Shown here in pieces: positions 1 to 9,734 of a stretch of DNA of 37,599 nt. A model generated the notes under the pieces. It saw only the letters and a program-made list of their open reading frames with translations. It ran no database searches and was not told the DNA's origin. Every line of letters starts with the position of its first letter. The first letter of the stretch is position 1. The position numbers and the translations under genes are program-made. Location: assembly GCA_041486935.1 (NCBI GenBank), contig JBGPMJ010000001.1:1-37599 (forward strand), given 5' to 3'. The stretch comes from Candidatus Limnocylindria bacterium. GTDB lineage: Bacteria > Chloroflexota > Limnocylindria > Limnocylindrales > CSP1-4.

Positions 1-364
1 CGTCCTCGGCAGCGACCGGCGCCTCGGCCAGCTCGGGCGAGCGGAGGGCGATCTCCAGCGCCGACGAGACCCGGTCGCGCAGGCCCTGCTCGCCGTCGAG
101 CGCGAGCGCGGTCTCGCCGAGCGTCGGGCGCACTCGCACCGCGTCCACGAGGAGGGCCACCGCACCCAGCAAGGGGATCGCGGCGGCGGCCACGCGGCCC
201 CACTCGAGGGGCACGATCCGGGCGGCCAGCGCGAGCGCAAGCTCGAGGCCCATGACCGCGGCCAGCGCGAAGGTCCCGTCGCGCACGACGCGGCGGAGCC
301 ACAGGCGGCGGCGGAACGGCCGCAGCCCGTCGCGGATCTGGTCGAGCGTCGGATCGAGCGTCAT
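1..364 (-). CDS. membrane protein, N-terminal part only (CDS runs off the left edge)
   Basis: ATG at 364-362 overlaps the TGA of the permease ORF (ATGA). I translated the frame by hand and it stays open to position 1: MTLDPTLDQIRDGLRPFRRRLWLRRVVRDGTFALAAVMGLELALALAARIVPLEW..., with one hydrophobic helix. It is absent from the ORF track because there is no stop in the window. Confidence 0.6.
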   Translation of the reverse strand, partial: MTLDPTLDQIRDGLRPFRRRLWLRRVVRDGTFALAAVMGLELALALAARIVPLEWGRVAAAAIPLLGAVALLVDAVRVRPTLGETALALDGEQGLRDRVSSALEIALRSPELAEAPVAAED

Positions 365-1554
365 GCCGTCGCTTCGGGGGAGCGCCGGCGGCGGCGCGGC
401 AGGCGAACGAGCCGGCGCGTCGGCGCCACGAGCTGTGCGGACAGGAAGGTCAGCAGGAGCGCGGTGGCGATGAAGGCAGCCGCGCTCTGTGGCCAGAAGG
501 CGTCGCGCGGCAGGCCCGTGACGGTCGGCTGCTGGATGGGCTCGGGGCCGACGGCATCGGCCAGGACGGCGGGCTGCGCGCAACGCCCATTCGGCGGGCA
601 CGGGGCCGCAACGATCGAGACTGCACCGCCGGCGGCATCGAAACCGCTCCCGCCACCGAATGTCGCCCCGAAGTAGGGCTTGCCGGTGACGGCGCTGATG
701 ATGGAGCAGGCCGCGTCGTAGCCGCTCGACGAGGTGCCGCAGATGAGGTCGAGGTCGGCGATGAAGGGGTTGAGCCAGAGGATCTGCTGTGCCGGCCGAC
801 CGGCCGACGTGTTGCCGTTGCCGGGCACGACGCCGCCGGCCTGGCTGATGCCCGACGTGGCGAAGAGGAAGACCCAGACGACGGCCGTGCCGATGCTGAG
901 GGCGAGCATGGTGAGGTACGTCAGCACGGTCGCCATCTGCGTCCGGCGCACGAGCGCGGAGACGAACAGCCCGATGGCGCCGAAGCCGATGGCCACCGCG
1001 AACAGGAGCACGTAGCCCCGCACGAGGTCCTCCGGCCCGACACCGCCGAAGAGGAAGACGATGGCCGCCAGGGGCACCGAGGAGAGGATGAGCAGGAAGA
1101 CGTAGGCCAGCGCGGAGATCAGCTTGCCCGCCACGAGGGCGAACGAGCTGAGCGGCGTGGCCACGAGCAGGTCCAGGGTCTGCTTCTCGCGCTCGAGCGA
1201 GATGGCGCCGCTGGTGAAGGCCGGCGCGAGGACCGCGACGAGCAGCGTCTCGATGACCAGCAGGCCGCTGAAGAGCGAATGCCCGATCTGCGCCGAGAGG
1301 GCCACGGACGGGAAGCCGATGCCGCCCCAGGGATTCGCGTACGTCGCCGCGGCGTTCCGCTGGAACTCGTAGATGCCCCAGGCGAAGACCGACAGGAGGA
1401 CGAGGTAGAAGGTCAGGACGGCGAAGGCGCGGCGGCCGCGCATCCGCCCGCGCAGCTCCTTGGTGCCGACCGCGATCATGCCCGTGGCCAGCCAGCCGAG
1501 CCCGGCCCCGACGCGGCGCAGCGGGTTGCGTACCCGGATCGCGACCGCGGTCAT
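361..1554 (-). CDS. ABC-2 type transporter permease
   Basis: 397 aa with several long hydrophobic segments. Its start overlaps the stop of the ABC ATPase by 4 nt (1551-1554). Confidence 0.75.
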   Translation of the reverse strand: MTAVAIRVRNPLRRVGAGLGWLATGMIAVGTKELRGRMRGRRAFAVLTFYLVLLSVFAWGIYEFQRNAAATYANPWGGIGFPSVALSAQIGHSLFSGLLVIETLLVAVLAPAFTSGAISLEREKQTLDLLVATPLSSFALVAGKLISALAYVFLLILSSVPLAAIVFLFGGVGPEDLVRGYVLLFAVAIGFGAIGLFVSALVRRTQMATVLTYLTMLALSIGTAVVWVFLFATSGISQAGGVVPGNGNTSAGRPAQQILWLNPFIADLDLICGTSSSGYDAACSIISAVTGKPYFGATFGGGSGFDAAGGAVSIVAAPCPPNGRCAQPAVLADAVGPEPIQQPTVTGLPRDAFWPQSAAAFIATALLLTFLSAQLVAPTRRLVRLPRRRRRSPEATA

Positions 1555-2537
1555 CGTGCGCCCTCCGTCGGCGTCTGCCCGGCGTCGTCGCCGGCGGCCT
1601 CGCGCGCCGTCACCTGCAGGAACAGCTCCTCGAGGTCGGAGGCGGCGCGGGCGTAGGTGGCGATGCTGTGTCCGCTGCCGACGGCCCGCGCCAGCAGCGC
1701 GGCGCTCTCGGCGTCATCGCCCCGGAAGGCCAGCTCCAGCCAGCCGTCGTCGTGGCGCTCCACCGCGACCACGGTCGGATCGGCCGTGAAGAAGGCCGCC
1801 GCTGCCTCGATGGCCGGCGCGTCGCCCAGGACGCGGGTGCGCAGCACCGCACCGGCACGCAGGCGCGTCTCGATGTCGGCCACGCGGCCGGAGGCGAGGA
1901 CGCGTCCCCGATCGATGATCGTGACGCTCGTGCACAGCTCCTCGAGCTCGGGCAGGATGTGGCTGCTGATGAGGATCGTCTTGCCCAGCGCGCGCAGCTC
2001 GCGGAGGAGCTCACGCAGCTCGACGCGGGCGCGCGGGTCGAGGCCGGAGGCCGGTTCGTCCAGGAGCAGCACGGAAGGGTCGTGGACGAGCGTGTGGGCG
2101 AGGCAGAGCCGCTGCTGCATGCCCCGGCTGAGTGCCTGGACGGGGGCCTCGCGCTTGTCGGCGAGGTCGACCAGCTCGAGCAGGTCGCCGACCATCTGGC
2201 GCCGTCGCGCCGGCGGCAGGCCATAGCAGCGGGCGAAGAAGTCGAGGTACTCCCAGACCTTCATGTCGTCGTAGACCCCGAAGCTGTCGGGCATGTACCC
2301 GATGACGCGGCGCACCGCGTCCGGTTCCCGGACCACGTCGGCGCCGGCCACCTCGGCCCGGCCGGCAGTCGGCATGAGCAGGGTTGCCAGCATCTTGAGC
2401 GTCGTCGTCTTGCCCGCCCCGTTGGGTCCCACGAGACCGTGGATCTCGCCGACGGCCACCTCGAGGTCCAGGCCGGCCACGGCCAACGTGCCGTCGTAGC
2501 GCTTGACGAGGCCCTCGGTGCGCACGGCCAGGCTCAC
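1551..2537 (-). CDS. ABC transporter ATP-binding protein
   Basis: Walker A GPNGAGKTT, ABC signature LSRGMQQRL and Walker B VLLLDEPASGLD are present. There are 4-nt overlaps with both neighbouring ORFs. Confidence 0.9.
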   Translation of the reverse strand: MSLAVRTEGLVKRYDGTLAVAGLDLEVAVGEIHGLVGPNGAGKTTTLKMLATLLMPTAGRAEVAGADVVREPDAVRRVIGYMPDSFGVYDDMKVWEYLDFFARCYGLPPARRRQMVGDLLELVDLADKREAPVQALSRGMQQRLCLAHTLVHDPSVLLLDEPASGLDPRARVELRELLRELRALGKTILISSHILPELEELCTSVTIIDRGRVLASGRVADIETRLRAGAVLRTRVLGDAPAIEAAAAFFTADPTVVAVERHDDGWLELAFRGDDAESAALLARAVGSGHSIATYARAASDLEELFLQVTAREAAGDDAGQTPTEGAR

Positions 2538-5029
2538 GGGATGGTGCCCTCCATGGCGACCGAGAGTGTGAAGTAGACGCTGCCCTGGCCCTCGATGGCG
2601 CGGTTGACGAAGCGCACGAGCAGGCGGCCGGTGGTGTCGAGGTAGCGCTCCGGGTTCGCGACCTTGACCGCGGCATTCGGACCCAGGTGCTCGAACTCCA
2701 TCCAGAGCCCGGTCGTGCGGTCGAAGAGCTGGTAAGCCGGGATGCCGTCGAAGGGAGCGCCGGTGGGCCGCATCTGGCCGGTGGGGTCGTCCTGGGACGG
2801 CTGGCGGTCGTCCGGCAGCGGCGGCACGGGGTCGCCCTTGGCCTGCGGGACGAAGCTCGGGTCACCCTGGGTCATGCCCAGCGTCAGGCTCGTCGCGCGG
2901 AGCTCGCCGGAGAAGGCGATGGGCGCGAATTCGACGGACATGGAGCCATGGCTCAGCGAGAAGGCCGAGCCCTGGTCGAAGGCCTCACCCGCGTCCGCAC
3001 CGATGACCGTGTGGTGGATCAGCTCGTCGGGGAAGACCGTGCGCCCGCCGATGCGCACGTCCATCGGCAGCAGGTAGAGCGCCTCGCCGACCTGCGCCGC
3101 CTTCTCATCGCCGACGTCCACGGCCAGCGTCGTGGCCGTGCGCCAGCCGACGAGCATTGCGCCGTCGCCGCCGATGGTGCCCACCAGGGTCGAGAACTTC
3201 CCGGTGTAGCCGGTCAGCTGGTCGATGACCGTGCGGCGGGTGAGGGTGCGGCTGCTGGCGGCGTCCCCGCCGCCCGACTGCGAGCCGAAGAGACGCTCGC
3301 TCAACGGCAGCCCGAAGACGTTGCTGACGCCCAGCGGGAGGTCGACGCTGACCGTCTGGCCGGGGGCCAGGTCGCCGAGGCGGACCAGGCTGCCGCCGAA
3401 GACGACCGCGGCCGCCTCGATCTTCTCGTCCGATGCGTTGGTCACCGTGCCGCGCACGCGGTCGGTCGCCAGCTCCAGCTTCGCCTCGATCTTCGGCGTC
3501 GGGAGCGCCGTCTCGGCCCGGAAGGCGCGCAGCACGCCGTAGGCGACCTCGTAGCCGCGCAGTCGGGCGGGGTCGCCGAGGAGGATGTCGAGCGGCTGGC
3601 CGTAGGCGCCCTGCTGCTGCATGCTGATGGGGTTCGAGAGGAGAGCGCCGCCGGCGACCTTGACGTCGAAGGCCCGCCGTGTCGGCGAGAAGACGCCGAC
3701 GTAGACCTGGCCCAGCCCGGTCTCGGCACCGGTGGCGCCGCGCACGATGGCGATCTCGTTGACGACCGTGTCGCTGCCCTTCAACAGCCGCCCCAGCCCG
3801 AACGCGCCGGCGGAGAAGACGACGATGAGCAGCGGCATCGTCAGCCAGGCCCATTCGCGGCGGTCGAGGCGGCGCAGGATGAGGTAGTTGACCGGTCCGA
3901 TGAGCACGATGTAGGCGACCAGCAGGACCAGCAGCTGCTCGACCGGCGGCAGGCTGACGGCGGACAGGTAGTTCAGGGCGGCGACGATGGCGCTGTCGTC
4001 GGGCAGCGCGAGCGGGTTGACCACCGCGCCCGGCGTCATGGGCACGGCCCGCCGCCAGAGCGATCGCGCCCCGGCCGAGCCGGCGATGCCCGCCTGCCCC
4101 GGGTCCACACCCACGATGAGCACGTCGCCCTGGCCGACCGATCTATCCGCGGCGATGATGTCGTCGCCGCTGCGAGCCAGGACCGATCCCTCGATAAGCG
4201 TCCCGCCCAGCACCGGCAGCCGCTCGCCGAGCGCCGGGTCCGCACCCAGCAGGGAGCCGAGGTCGGCGGGCGTGGCGTCGACCGTGCGCGTCGGGCGGAA
4301 GGGCAGGATCGCGTCGGGGAAGCCGCCCAGGGTCGTGGCGCCGGTCGAGCCGCCGAGGATGACGAGACGTCCGCCCAGGCCCAGCCAGGCCCGCAAGGCG
4401 TCGAGCTGCGCCTCGTCGAGCTTCGAGCTGTCCACGTCCTGCCAGACCAGGCGGTCGATGGCCGACCAGGCCTCGATGCGGCCGGGCAGATCGGCCGGGG
4501 AGAGCGACACGATGGCTGCGACGGGCATGTTGGGGTTGGAAAGCGCGGCCGTCAGGTCGGGGATGAGGCGGCCGGGCTGCTCGGCGACGACGACGACGAT
4601 TGGCTGGTAGGCGTCGTGCGCGGTGATCGGCACCTTCGTGTTGGCCAGACGCTGGCCGCCGGCGATGAGCTCGATCACGATGTCGTGCCCGAAGATCGAG
4701 GGCTGTGCGTAGAGGAGGTAGCGCTTCTTCGAGTTCGTCGGCAGGTCCACCAGCGCGCCGTACGTCGATGCGCCGGGCTGTCCGCCGCCGAGACGCAGCT
4801 CGCCCGAGATGGCCGGGCCGTCGTTGGCGAGGTCCACCTCGACCGCCGACCAGGCGCCGACCCGGACGTGGCCGCCGACGAGCGCGCGCGCGGTCATCGT
4901 CACGTCCTGCGCCGCGGCCGCGGGCGCGGCTGCGGCGGGCAGGAACAGGGCGGTCACGAGGCCCAGCGCGGCGACGAGCCGAAGGGATCGGCGGGCGGGG
5001 CGGATGCCGAGCGTGGCGTACGTGCGCAT
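2534..5029 (-). CDS. large exported/membrane-anchored protein of unknown function, first gene of the ABC-2 operon
   Basis: 831 aa. N-terminal signal-like segment (RSLRLVAALGLVTALFLPAAAAPAAAAQD) and central TM helices (LLVLLVAYIVLIGPVNYLIL, LTMPLLIVVFSAGAFGLG). Non-biased composition, unlike the antisense shadow ORF 2687..5044. Confidence 0.7.
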   Translation of the reverse strand: MRTYATLGIRPARRSLRLVAALGLVTALFLPAAAAPAAAAQDVTMTARALVGGHVRVGAWSAVEVDLANDGPAISGELRLGGGQPGASTYGALVDLPTNSKKRYLLYAQPSIFGHDIVIELIAGGQRLANTKVPITAHDAYQPIVVVVAEQPGRLIPDLTAALSNPNMPVAAIVSLSPADLPGRIEAWSAIDRLVWQDVDSSKLDEAQLDALRAWLGLGGRLVILGGSTGATTLGGFPDAILPFRPTRTVDATPADLGSLLGADPALGERLPVLGGTLIEGSVLARSGDDIIAADRSVGQGDVLIVGVDPGQAGIAGSAGARSLWRRAVPMTPGAVVNPLALPDDSAIVAALNYLSAVSLPPVEQLLVLLVAYIVLIGPVNYLILRRLDRREWAWLTMPLLIVVFSAGAFGLGRLLKGSDTVVNEIAIVRGATGAETGLGQVYVGVFSPTRRAFDVKVAGGALLSNPISMQQQGAYGQPLDILLGDPARLRGYEVAYGVLRAFRAETALPTPKIEAKLELATDRVRGTVTNASDEKIEAAAVVFGGSLVRLGDLAPGQTVSVDLPLGVSNVFGLPLSERLFGSQSGGGDAASSRTLTRRTVIDQLTGYTGKFSTLVGTIGGDGAMLVGWRTATTLAVDVGDEKAAQVGEALYLLPMDVRIGGRTVFPDELIHHTVIGADAGEAFDQGSAFSLSHGSMSVEFAPIAFSGELRATSLTLGMTQGDPSFVPQAKGDPVPPLPDDRQPSQDDPTGQMRPTGAPFDGIPAYQLFDRTTGLWMEFEHLGPNAAVKVANPERYLDTTGRLLVRFVNRAIEGQGSVYFTLSVAMEGTIP

Positions 5030-5175
5030 CGGGCCTCAGTCTGACCGGTGGATGGTTGCGCTGCGAGCTAGACGCCTGAGGCCGGCCGAAAGTTGCACGA
5101 GGGTCGCGGCTGGGGCGCCGATGGGCCGGAACGCCCGAGGCGTCGAGCAGGGACGTCGGCTACGATAGGCGTCCC

Positions 5176-6492
5176 GTGCCCACGCTGCGACCCTTCCGTG
5201 CCCTGCGCTACGACCCGGCGGCCATCGGCGATGTCGCTGCGGTCCTCAGCCCACCCTACGACGTGATCTCGCCGGCGCAGCAGGCCGCGCTCGCCGCCCG
5301 CCACCCGCGCAACTCGGTCCTGCTCGACCTGCCGCCCGACCAGCCGGGCGACGAGCCCGGTGCCCGCTACCGGCGTGCCGCCGCGGCCTTCGCCGCGTGG
5401 CGCAGCGACGGCACGCTGCGCAAGGACCCCACTCCCGCCATCTACGCCTACGAGCAGGTGTATGACGTGCCCGGCACGTCCGTCGAGCGGACGCAGCGCG
5501 GCTTCTTCGCCCGCCTCGCCCTGGAGAGCTTCGGGCCGGCCTCCGGCGTGCTGCCCCACGAGCGCACCCTGGGTGGGCCGAAGGAGGATCGCTACGCGCT
5601 CCTGAAGGCGACCGGCGCGAACTTCAGTCCGATCGTCGGGCTGTACGAGTCGCCATCTGGCGAGAGCGGGCAGCTGCTGGCGTCGGTCGCCGTCGAGCCG
5701 TCGGTGACCGCGGTCACCGACGATGACGGGGTGCGCCATCGCCTGTGGGTCGTGCCCGTCGGCCGGCGCGGGGACGGGAGCCCGGGATCCCGGCTCATCG
5801 AGCTCGCCGAGGCCGGGCCGATCACGATCGCCGACGGCCATCACCGCTACGAGACGGCGCTGCGCTACCGCGACGAGCGGGCCGTCAACCGCGCCTGCAC
5901 CATCGACCCGCCCTACGAGTTCATCCTGACGCTCGTATTCGACCTCGCCACCACCGAGATGACGATCCTGCCCACCCACCGCGTGGTGCGCGGCGGGCCA
6001 CCGGAGGCGGAGCTGCCGGCCGCCATGGAGCGGCTGTTTCGGGTCGAGCCCCTGCTGGGCGCGGAGGCGCTCGTCGCCGCGTTTCCCCCCACCGGTGGCG
6101 GGGGGCACGGCCCCCGCATCGGGTCCTGGGCCGGCGGCCGGGCGGCGCTGCTGAGGCCGCGTCCGGAAGCCATCGAGCCGCTCCTGCCCGCGGACGCCTC
6201 GCCGGTCCTGCGCGGGCTCGGCGTGACCGTCCTGGAGGCCGCGCTCGGTGCCATCCACGGCGTCGATCGCGCGGCCATCGCCGCCGGCGAGCGGATCGAC
6301 TACGTCAGGGACGCCGTTGCGGCCATCGCGGCGGTGGACCGCGGCGAGGGCGATGCGGCCTACCTGCTCGAGCCCACCGACGCGGCGGACGTCGCGCGTG
6401 TCGCGCGCGGGGGTGAGCTGATGCCCCAGAAGTCGACCTACTTCTATCCCAAGCCGGCCACCGGGCTGCTCTTCAGCCCGGGCGAGTGGTGA
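5176..6492 (+). CDS. DUF1015 family protein
   Basis: The N-terminus (LRPFRALRYD ... LSPPYDVIS) and internal IADGHHRYETAL match the DUF1015 hallmarks as I remember them. GTG start. Confidence 0.8.
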   Translation: MPTLRPFRALRYDPAAIGDVAAVLSPPYDVISPAQQAALAARHPRNSVLLDLPPDQPGDEPGARYRRAAAAFAAWRSDGTLRKDPTPAIYAYEQVYDVPGTSVERTQRGFFARLALESFGPASGVLPHERTLGGPKEDRYALLKATGANFSPIVGLYESPSGESGQLLASVAVEPSVTAVTDDDGVRHRLWVVPVGRRGDGSPGSRLIELAEAGPITIADGHHRYETALRYRDERAVNRACTIDPPYEFILTLVFDLATTEMTILPTHRVVRGGPPEAELPAAMERLFRVEPLLGAEALVAAFPPTGGGGHGPRIGSWAGGRAALLRPRPEAIEPLLPADASPVLRGLGVTVLEAALGAIHGVDRAAIAAGERIDYVRDAVAAIAAVDRGEGDAAYLLEPTDAADVARVARGGELMPQKSTYFYPKPATGLLFSPGEW

Positions 6493-7379
6493 GCCCTCCC
6501 ATGGACCGAGACCAGGACGCCCCCATCAGGCTGCCCCTTCGACCGAACGAGCGCCCGCCTGCGCTGCGGCCGATCCGCAAGGACGAGGTCGACATCCTCG
6601 AGCGCGGTGTCCACATCGAATCGTGGCTGCCCGAGCGCCGCTCGCGGCGCCGGCCGCTCCTGTTCGTGCACGGGGAGCTCGGCGGCTCGTGGCTCTGGCA
6701 CCGCTACCAGGAGTACTTCGCGCAGCGTGGCTGGGAGGGCCACGCCCTGAACCTGCGCGGCCACTACTGGTCGGACACGACCGACTACGAGACGCTCGAC
6801 TTCGGCACCTACATCGGCGACGTCGAGGCGGCCGTGGACCGGCTGGGCGGCAACGTCGTCATCGTCGGCCACGGCGTCGGCGGGCTCCTGGCCCTCAAGA
6901 CGGCGGAACTCCAGCCGATCGCGGGCCTCGTCCTCATCAGCCCGGCCCTGCCGGCCGCGCTGCGCACGCCCGCGCGTCTTCACCAGCTGCGGACCGTGCC
7001 CGAGGTCTTCCGCCGGGACCTCGTCGGCTGGGCCGGGATGCCCGAGCAGCTCCGGCGGCACAACCCGGACCTGACCATCGCGGACGTGCTGCGCGTGCAG
7101 CACATGATGGGCGCCGAGTCGGGCCAGGCCCGCCGCGACGTGCTGGCCGGCGTGCCCGTGGACCGCGCCGCGGTCGGCGAAGGGACGGCGATGCTCGTCG
7201 TCGGCGGGGGCCTCGACCGGCTCTACCCTGAGGGGGACTCCGAACGCCTCGCCGCCTGGCTCGGTGCCGAGTACCAGCCCTACGGGGCGCACTCGCACTA
7301 CGGGCTGGTGCTGGGCGAGGAGTCCCACGAGCAGGTGGCCGCCTCGATCCGGGCCTTCCTCGAGGCGCATCGGCTGTAG
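6486..7379 (+). CDS. alpha/beta-hydrolase fold protein with an atypical nucleophile elbow
   Basis: LLFVHGELGG (HG oxyanion motif), VIVGHGVGGLLAL elbow, late GGGLDRLY and GAHSHYG. An alternative ATG lies at 6501. GTG 6486 overlaps the DUF1015 stop. Confidence 0.7.
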   Translation: MVSPPMDRDQDAPIRLPLRPNERPPALRPIRKDEVDILERGVHIESWLPERRSRRRPLLFVHGELGGSWLWHRYQEYFAQRGWEGHALNLRGHYWSDTTDYETLDFGTYIGDVEAAVDRLGGNVVIVGHGVGGLLALKTAELQPIAGLVLISPALPAALRTPARLHQLRTVPEVFRRDLVGWAGMPEQLRRHNPDLTIADVLRVQHMMGAESGQARRDVLAGVPVDRAAVGEGTAMLVVGGGLDRLYPEGDSERLAAWLGAEYQPYGAHSHYGLVLGEESHEQVAASIRAFLEAHRL

Positions 7380-7456
7380 GCGACCCGAGGGCTCGGGCGT
7401 CGGGAGTCGTGCTACACTCTCGGCCGCTCCGGCGGCCCTACCCGCCGGGCCAGCGC

Positions 7457-7533
7457 GCCGCATTCGTCTAGAGGCCCAGGACACCGCCCTCTCAAGGCGG
7501 AGACCACCGGTTCGAATCCGGTATGCGGTACCA
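7457..7533 (+). tRNA. tRNA-Glu (anticodon CUC), CCA encoded
   Basis: Hand-folded. Acceptor GCCGCAT/ATGCGGT (G1:U72), D arm GTCT..GGAC, anticodon stem CCGCC/GGCGG with loop CTCTCAA (anticodon 7491-7493), T arm CACCGG-TTCGAAT-CCGGT, discriminator A plus CCA. Confidence 0.9.
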
Positions 7534-7546
7534 GACGCACATCCCC

Positions 7547-7576
7547 GACGCCCCCGGACCGCGCCCCGGGGGCGTC
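7547..7576 (+). terminator. GC-rich hairpin just downstream of tRNA-Glu
   Basis: GACGCCCCCGG (7547-7557) pairs perfectly with CCGGGGGCGTC (7566-7576). It is followed by TTCAT. Confidence 0.55.
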
Positions 7577-7596
7577 TTCATCGGCCCTAGACTTGC

Positions 7597-8661
7597 GTGG
7601 CCATGAACCTCCCCACGAGGCGCCAGCGCCTGGTCATCCTCGCCGAGGACCAGTTCGGCGAGATCGGCTCGAAGACGGCGCTCGGCGTCATCCGGTACGG
7701 CCGCGACACGATCGTCGCCGTCATCGACTCGACCCGCGCCGGCCGCAACGTGCGCGACTGGCTCGGCGATCCGTACGACATCCCGGTCGTGGCCACGCTC
7801 GCGGAGACGCTGCCCGCCCGCCCCACTGCGCTGCTGCTGGGCACCGCGCCGGCCGGCGGCAAGCTGCCCGACAGTTGGCGCACCGTCGTGCTCGATGCGA
7901 TCCACGCCGGGATGCACATCCGCTCGGGCCTGCACACGTTCATCGGCGACGATCCCGAGTTCGCGACAGCGGCGGCCGCGGCGGGCGTCGAGATCACGGA
8001 CTACCGGCGCTCGCCGGAGCGCATGGAGGTGTCGAGCGGCCGCGAGCACCTGCCGGGCAAGAAGGTCATCCTCACCGTCGGAACGGACTGCGCCCTGGGC
8101 AAGATGAGCGTGGCGCTCGAGCTGCGCCGGGCCGCCCTGAACGCCGGCCTCGCGGGCGTCTTCGTGCCCACCGGCCAGACGGGCATGATGATCGACGGCT
8201 GGGGCGTGGCCGTGGACCGCGTCATCAGCGACTTCCTCAACGGCACCTGCGAGTGGCTCGTGGAGCAGGCCGAGGCGATGGGCGACTGGATCTTCGTCGA
8301 GGGCCAGGGTTCGCTCGACCACCCGGCCTACAGCGCCGTCACGCTGGGGCTGATCCATGGCTGCACGCCGCAGGCCATGGTCATGGTCCACCAGGCCGGG
8401 CGCACGCACCACCACGGCTGGGAGGAGACGCCGCACATGCTGAAGCCGCTGCCCGGGTACATCCGCCTGCACGAGCAGGTGGCCGCGTTGGTGGCGCCCT
8501 CGATCGTGGCCTGCGTGGCGCTGAACACGAGCCTGTTCTCCGAGAGCGAGGCCCGCCGCGAGATCGCGCGCACGGCCGAAGAGACCGGCCTGCCCACGGA
8601 CGACCCCTACCGCTTCGGAGGTGAGCGCCTCCTCGACGCACTGCGCGAGCGCCTCGGGTGA
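7597..8661 (+). CDS. DUF1611 family protein (DgcN-like putative N-acetyltransferase)
   Basis: 354 aa with the DUF1611-type P-loop-like segment VGTDCALGKMSV. The stop overlaps the start of the epimerase gene (8658-8661). Confidence 0.7.
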   Translation: MAMNLPTRRQRLVILAEDQFGEIGSKTALGVIRYGRDTIVAVIDSTRAGRNVRDWLGDPYDIPVVATLAETLPARPTALLLGTAPAGGKLPDSWRTVVLDAIHAGMHIRSGLHTFIGDDPEFATAAAAAGVEITDYRRSPERMEVSSGREHLPGKKVILTVGTDCALGKMSVALELRRAALNAGLAGVFVPTGQTGMMIDGWGVAVDRVISDFLNGTCEWLVEQAEAMGDWIFVEGQGSLDHPAYSAVTLGLIHGCTPQAMVMVHQAGRTHHHGWEETPHMLKPLPGYIRLHEQVAALVAPSIVACVALNTSLFSESEARREIARTAEETGLPTDDPYRFGGERLLDALRERLG

Positions 8662-9707
8662 GGGTCACCACCGAGGTCCTCGAGCTCCCGTTCCGCGATC
8701 CCTTCCGCATCGCGCGCAAGCTGCCGCACCACACCGCCTCGACCGTCATCGCTACCCTCGAGGATGAGGACGGGGCGACCGGCATCGGGGAGGGCTTCCC
8801 GGATCCCTACTATGGCGAGACGCCCGAGACGGCCGTCGCCGTGATCCCCGTCCTCGTCGAGGAGCTCGCGGAGCTCGGTCCGGCGCCGCGCGATCTCGCC
8901 GGCGCCCGTGAGTGGCTGGTGGCCGCATCGCTCGCCATGGACGAGCGGATCGCGCACAACGGCGCCGCCAAGTGCGCCGTCGACATCGCCCTCCACGATC
9001 TCGTCGGCAAACGGCTCGGGCTGGCGCTCCCGGAGCTGCTCGGCACGCCCCGGGAGCTGCCGCCGACCGACTTCACCATCGGCATCGACGAGCCCGAGGT
9101 CGTCGCCCAGCGCGCCGCCCGGGCGGCCCATTTCCCGGCCTTGAAGATCAAGCTGGGCGGCCCGGCCGACCTGGCCACGCTCGAGGCCGTGCGGGGCGTC
9201 TTCGGTGGTCCCATCCGCGTCGACGCGAACACGGGCTGGACGCCCCAGGTCGCCGAGTCGCTGCTGCCCGAGTGCGTGCGCCTCGGCGTCGAGCTCATCG
9301 AGCAGCCCTTCAAGGCCCGGCGGCTCGACCAGCTGCGCTGGCTCCAGGAGCGCAGCCCGCTGCCCATCGTGGCCGATGAGAGCGCGGTCGTCGAGGCCGA
9401 CCTCGAGGGACTCGTGGGCGTCGTCGCCGGCGTCAACGTGAAGCTGGCCAAGGTGGGCGGGGTGGGCCCGGCGCTGCGCATGATCCGGCGCGCCCGCCAG
9501 CTCGGGTTCCGCATCTTCCTCGGTTGCATGGAGGAGACGAGCCTGGGCATCGCCGCCTCCGCGGCCGTGGCCGGTCTCGTGGACTGGGCCGACCTCGACG
9601 GCTGCCTGCTCCTCGCGGCCGATCCGTTCGACGGCCTTGTGCTCGGGCCCGACTGCCGCTGGCGGCTGCCGACGGCGCCCGGCGTGGGCGTGGTCCGCCG
9701 CGCATAG
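8658..9707 (+). CDS. enolase-superfamily dipeptide epimerase / N-acyl amino acid racemase (DgcA-like)
   Basis: KIKLGG, RVDANTGW, ELIEQPF and VADES fall in the order of the metal and catalytic residues of the muconate-lactonizing-enzyme subgroup. Confidence 0.8.
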   Translation: MRVTTEVLELPFRDPFRIARKLPHHTASTVIATLEDEDGATGIGEGFPDPYYGETPETAVAVIPVLVEELAELGPAPRDLAGAREWLVAASLAMDERIAHNGAAKCAVDIALHDLVGKRLGLALPELLGTPRELPPTDFTIGIDEPEVVAQRAARAAHFPALKIKLGGPADLATLEAVRGVFGGPIRVDANTGWTPQVAESLLPECVRLGVELIEQPFKARRLDQLRWLQERSPLPIVADESAVVEADLEGLVGVVAGVNVKLAKVGGVGPALRMIRRARQLGFRIFLGCMEETSLGIAASAAVAGLVDWADLDGCLLLAADPFDGLVLGPDCRWRLPTAPGVGVVRRA

Positions 9708-9734
9708 GGCGGCCCGACCCGTTCCCGCGGGTGC

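Noticed and set aside
2687-5044. 785-aa plus-strand ORF antisense to the 831-aa gene. There are similar long antisense ORFs at 5068..6258, 6444..7484, 7492..8472, 8607..10154, 10722..11948 and 18613..19575.
   Set aside because: These are shadow ORFs, as expected in ~70% GC DNA. Their composition is Arg/Gly/Asp/Ala-rich and low in complexity, and I recognise no motifs. The opposite strand carries proteins with clear family motifs.
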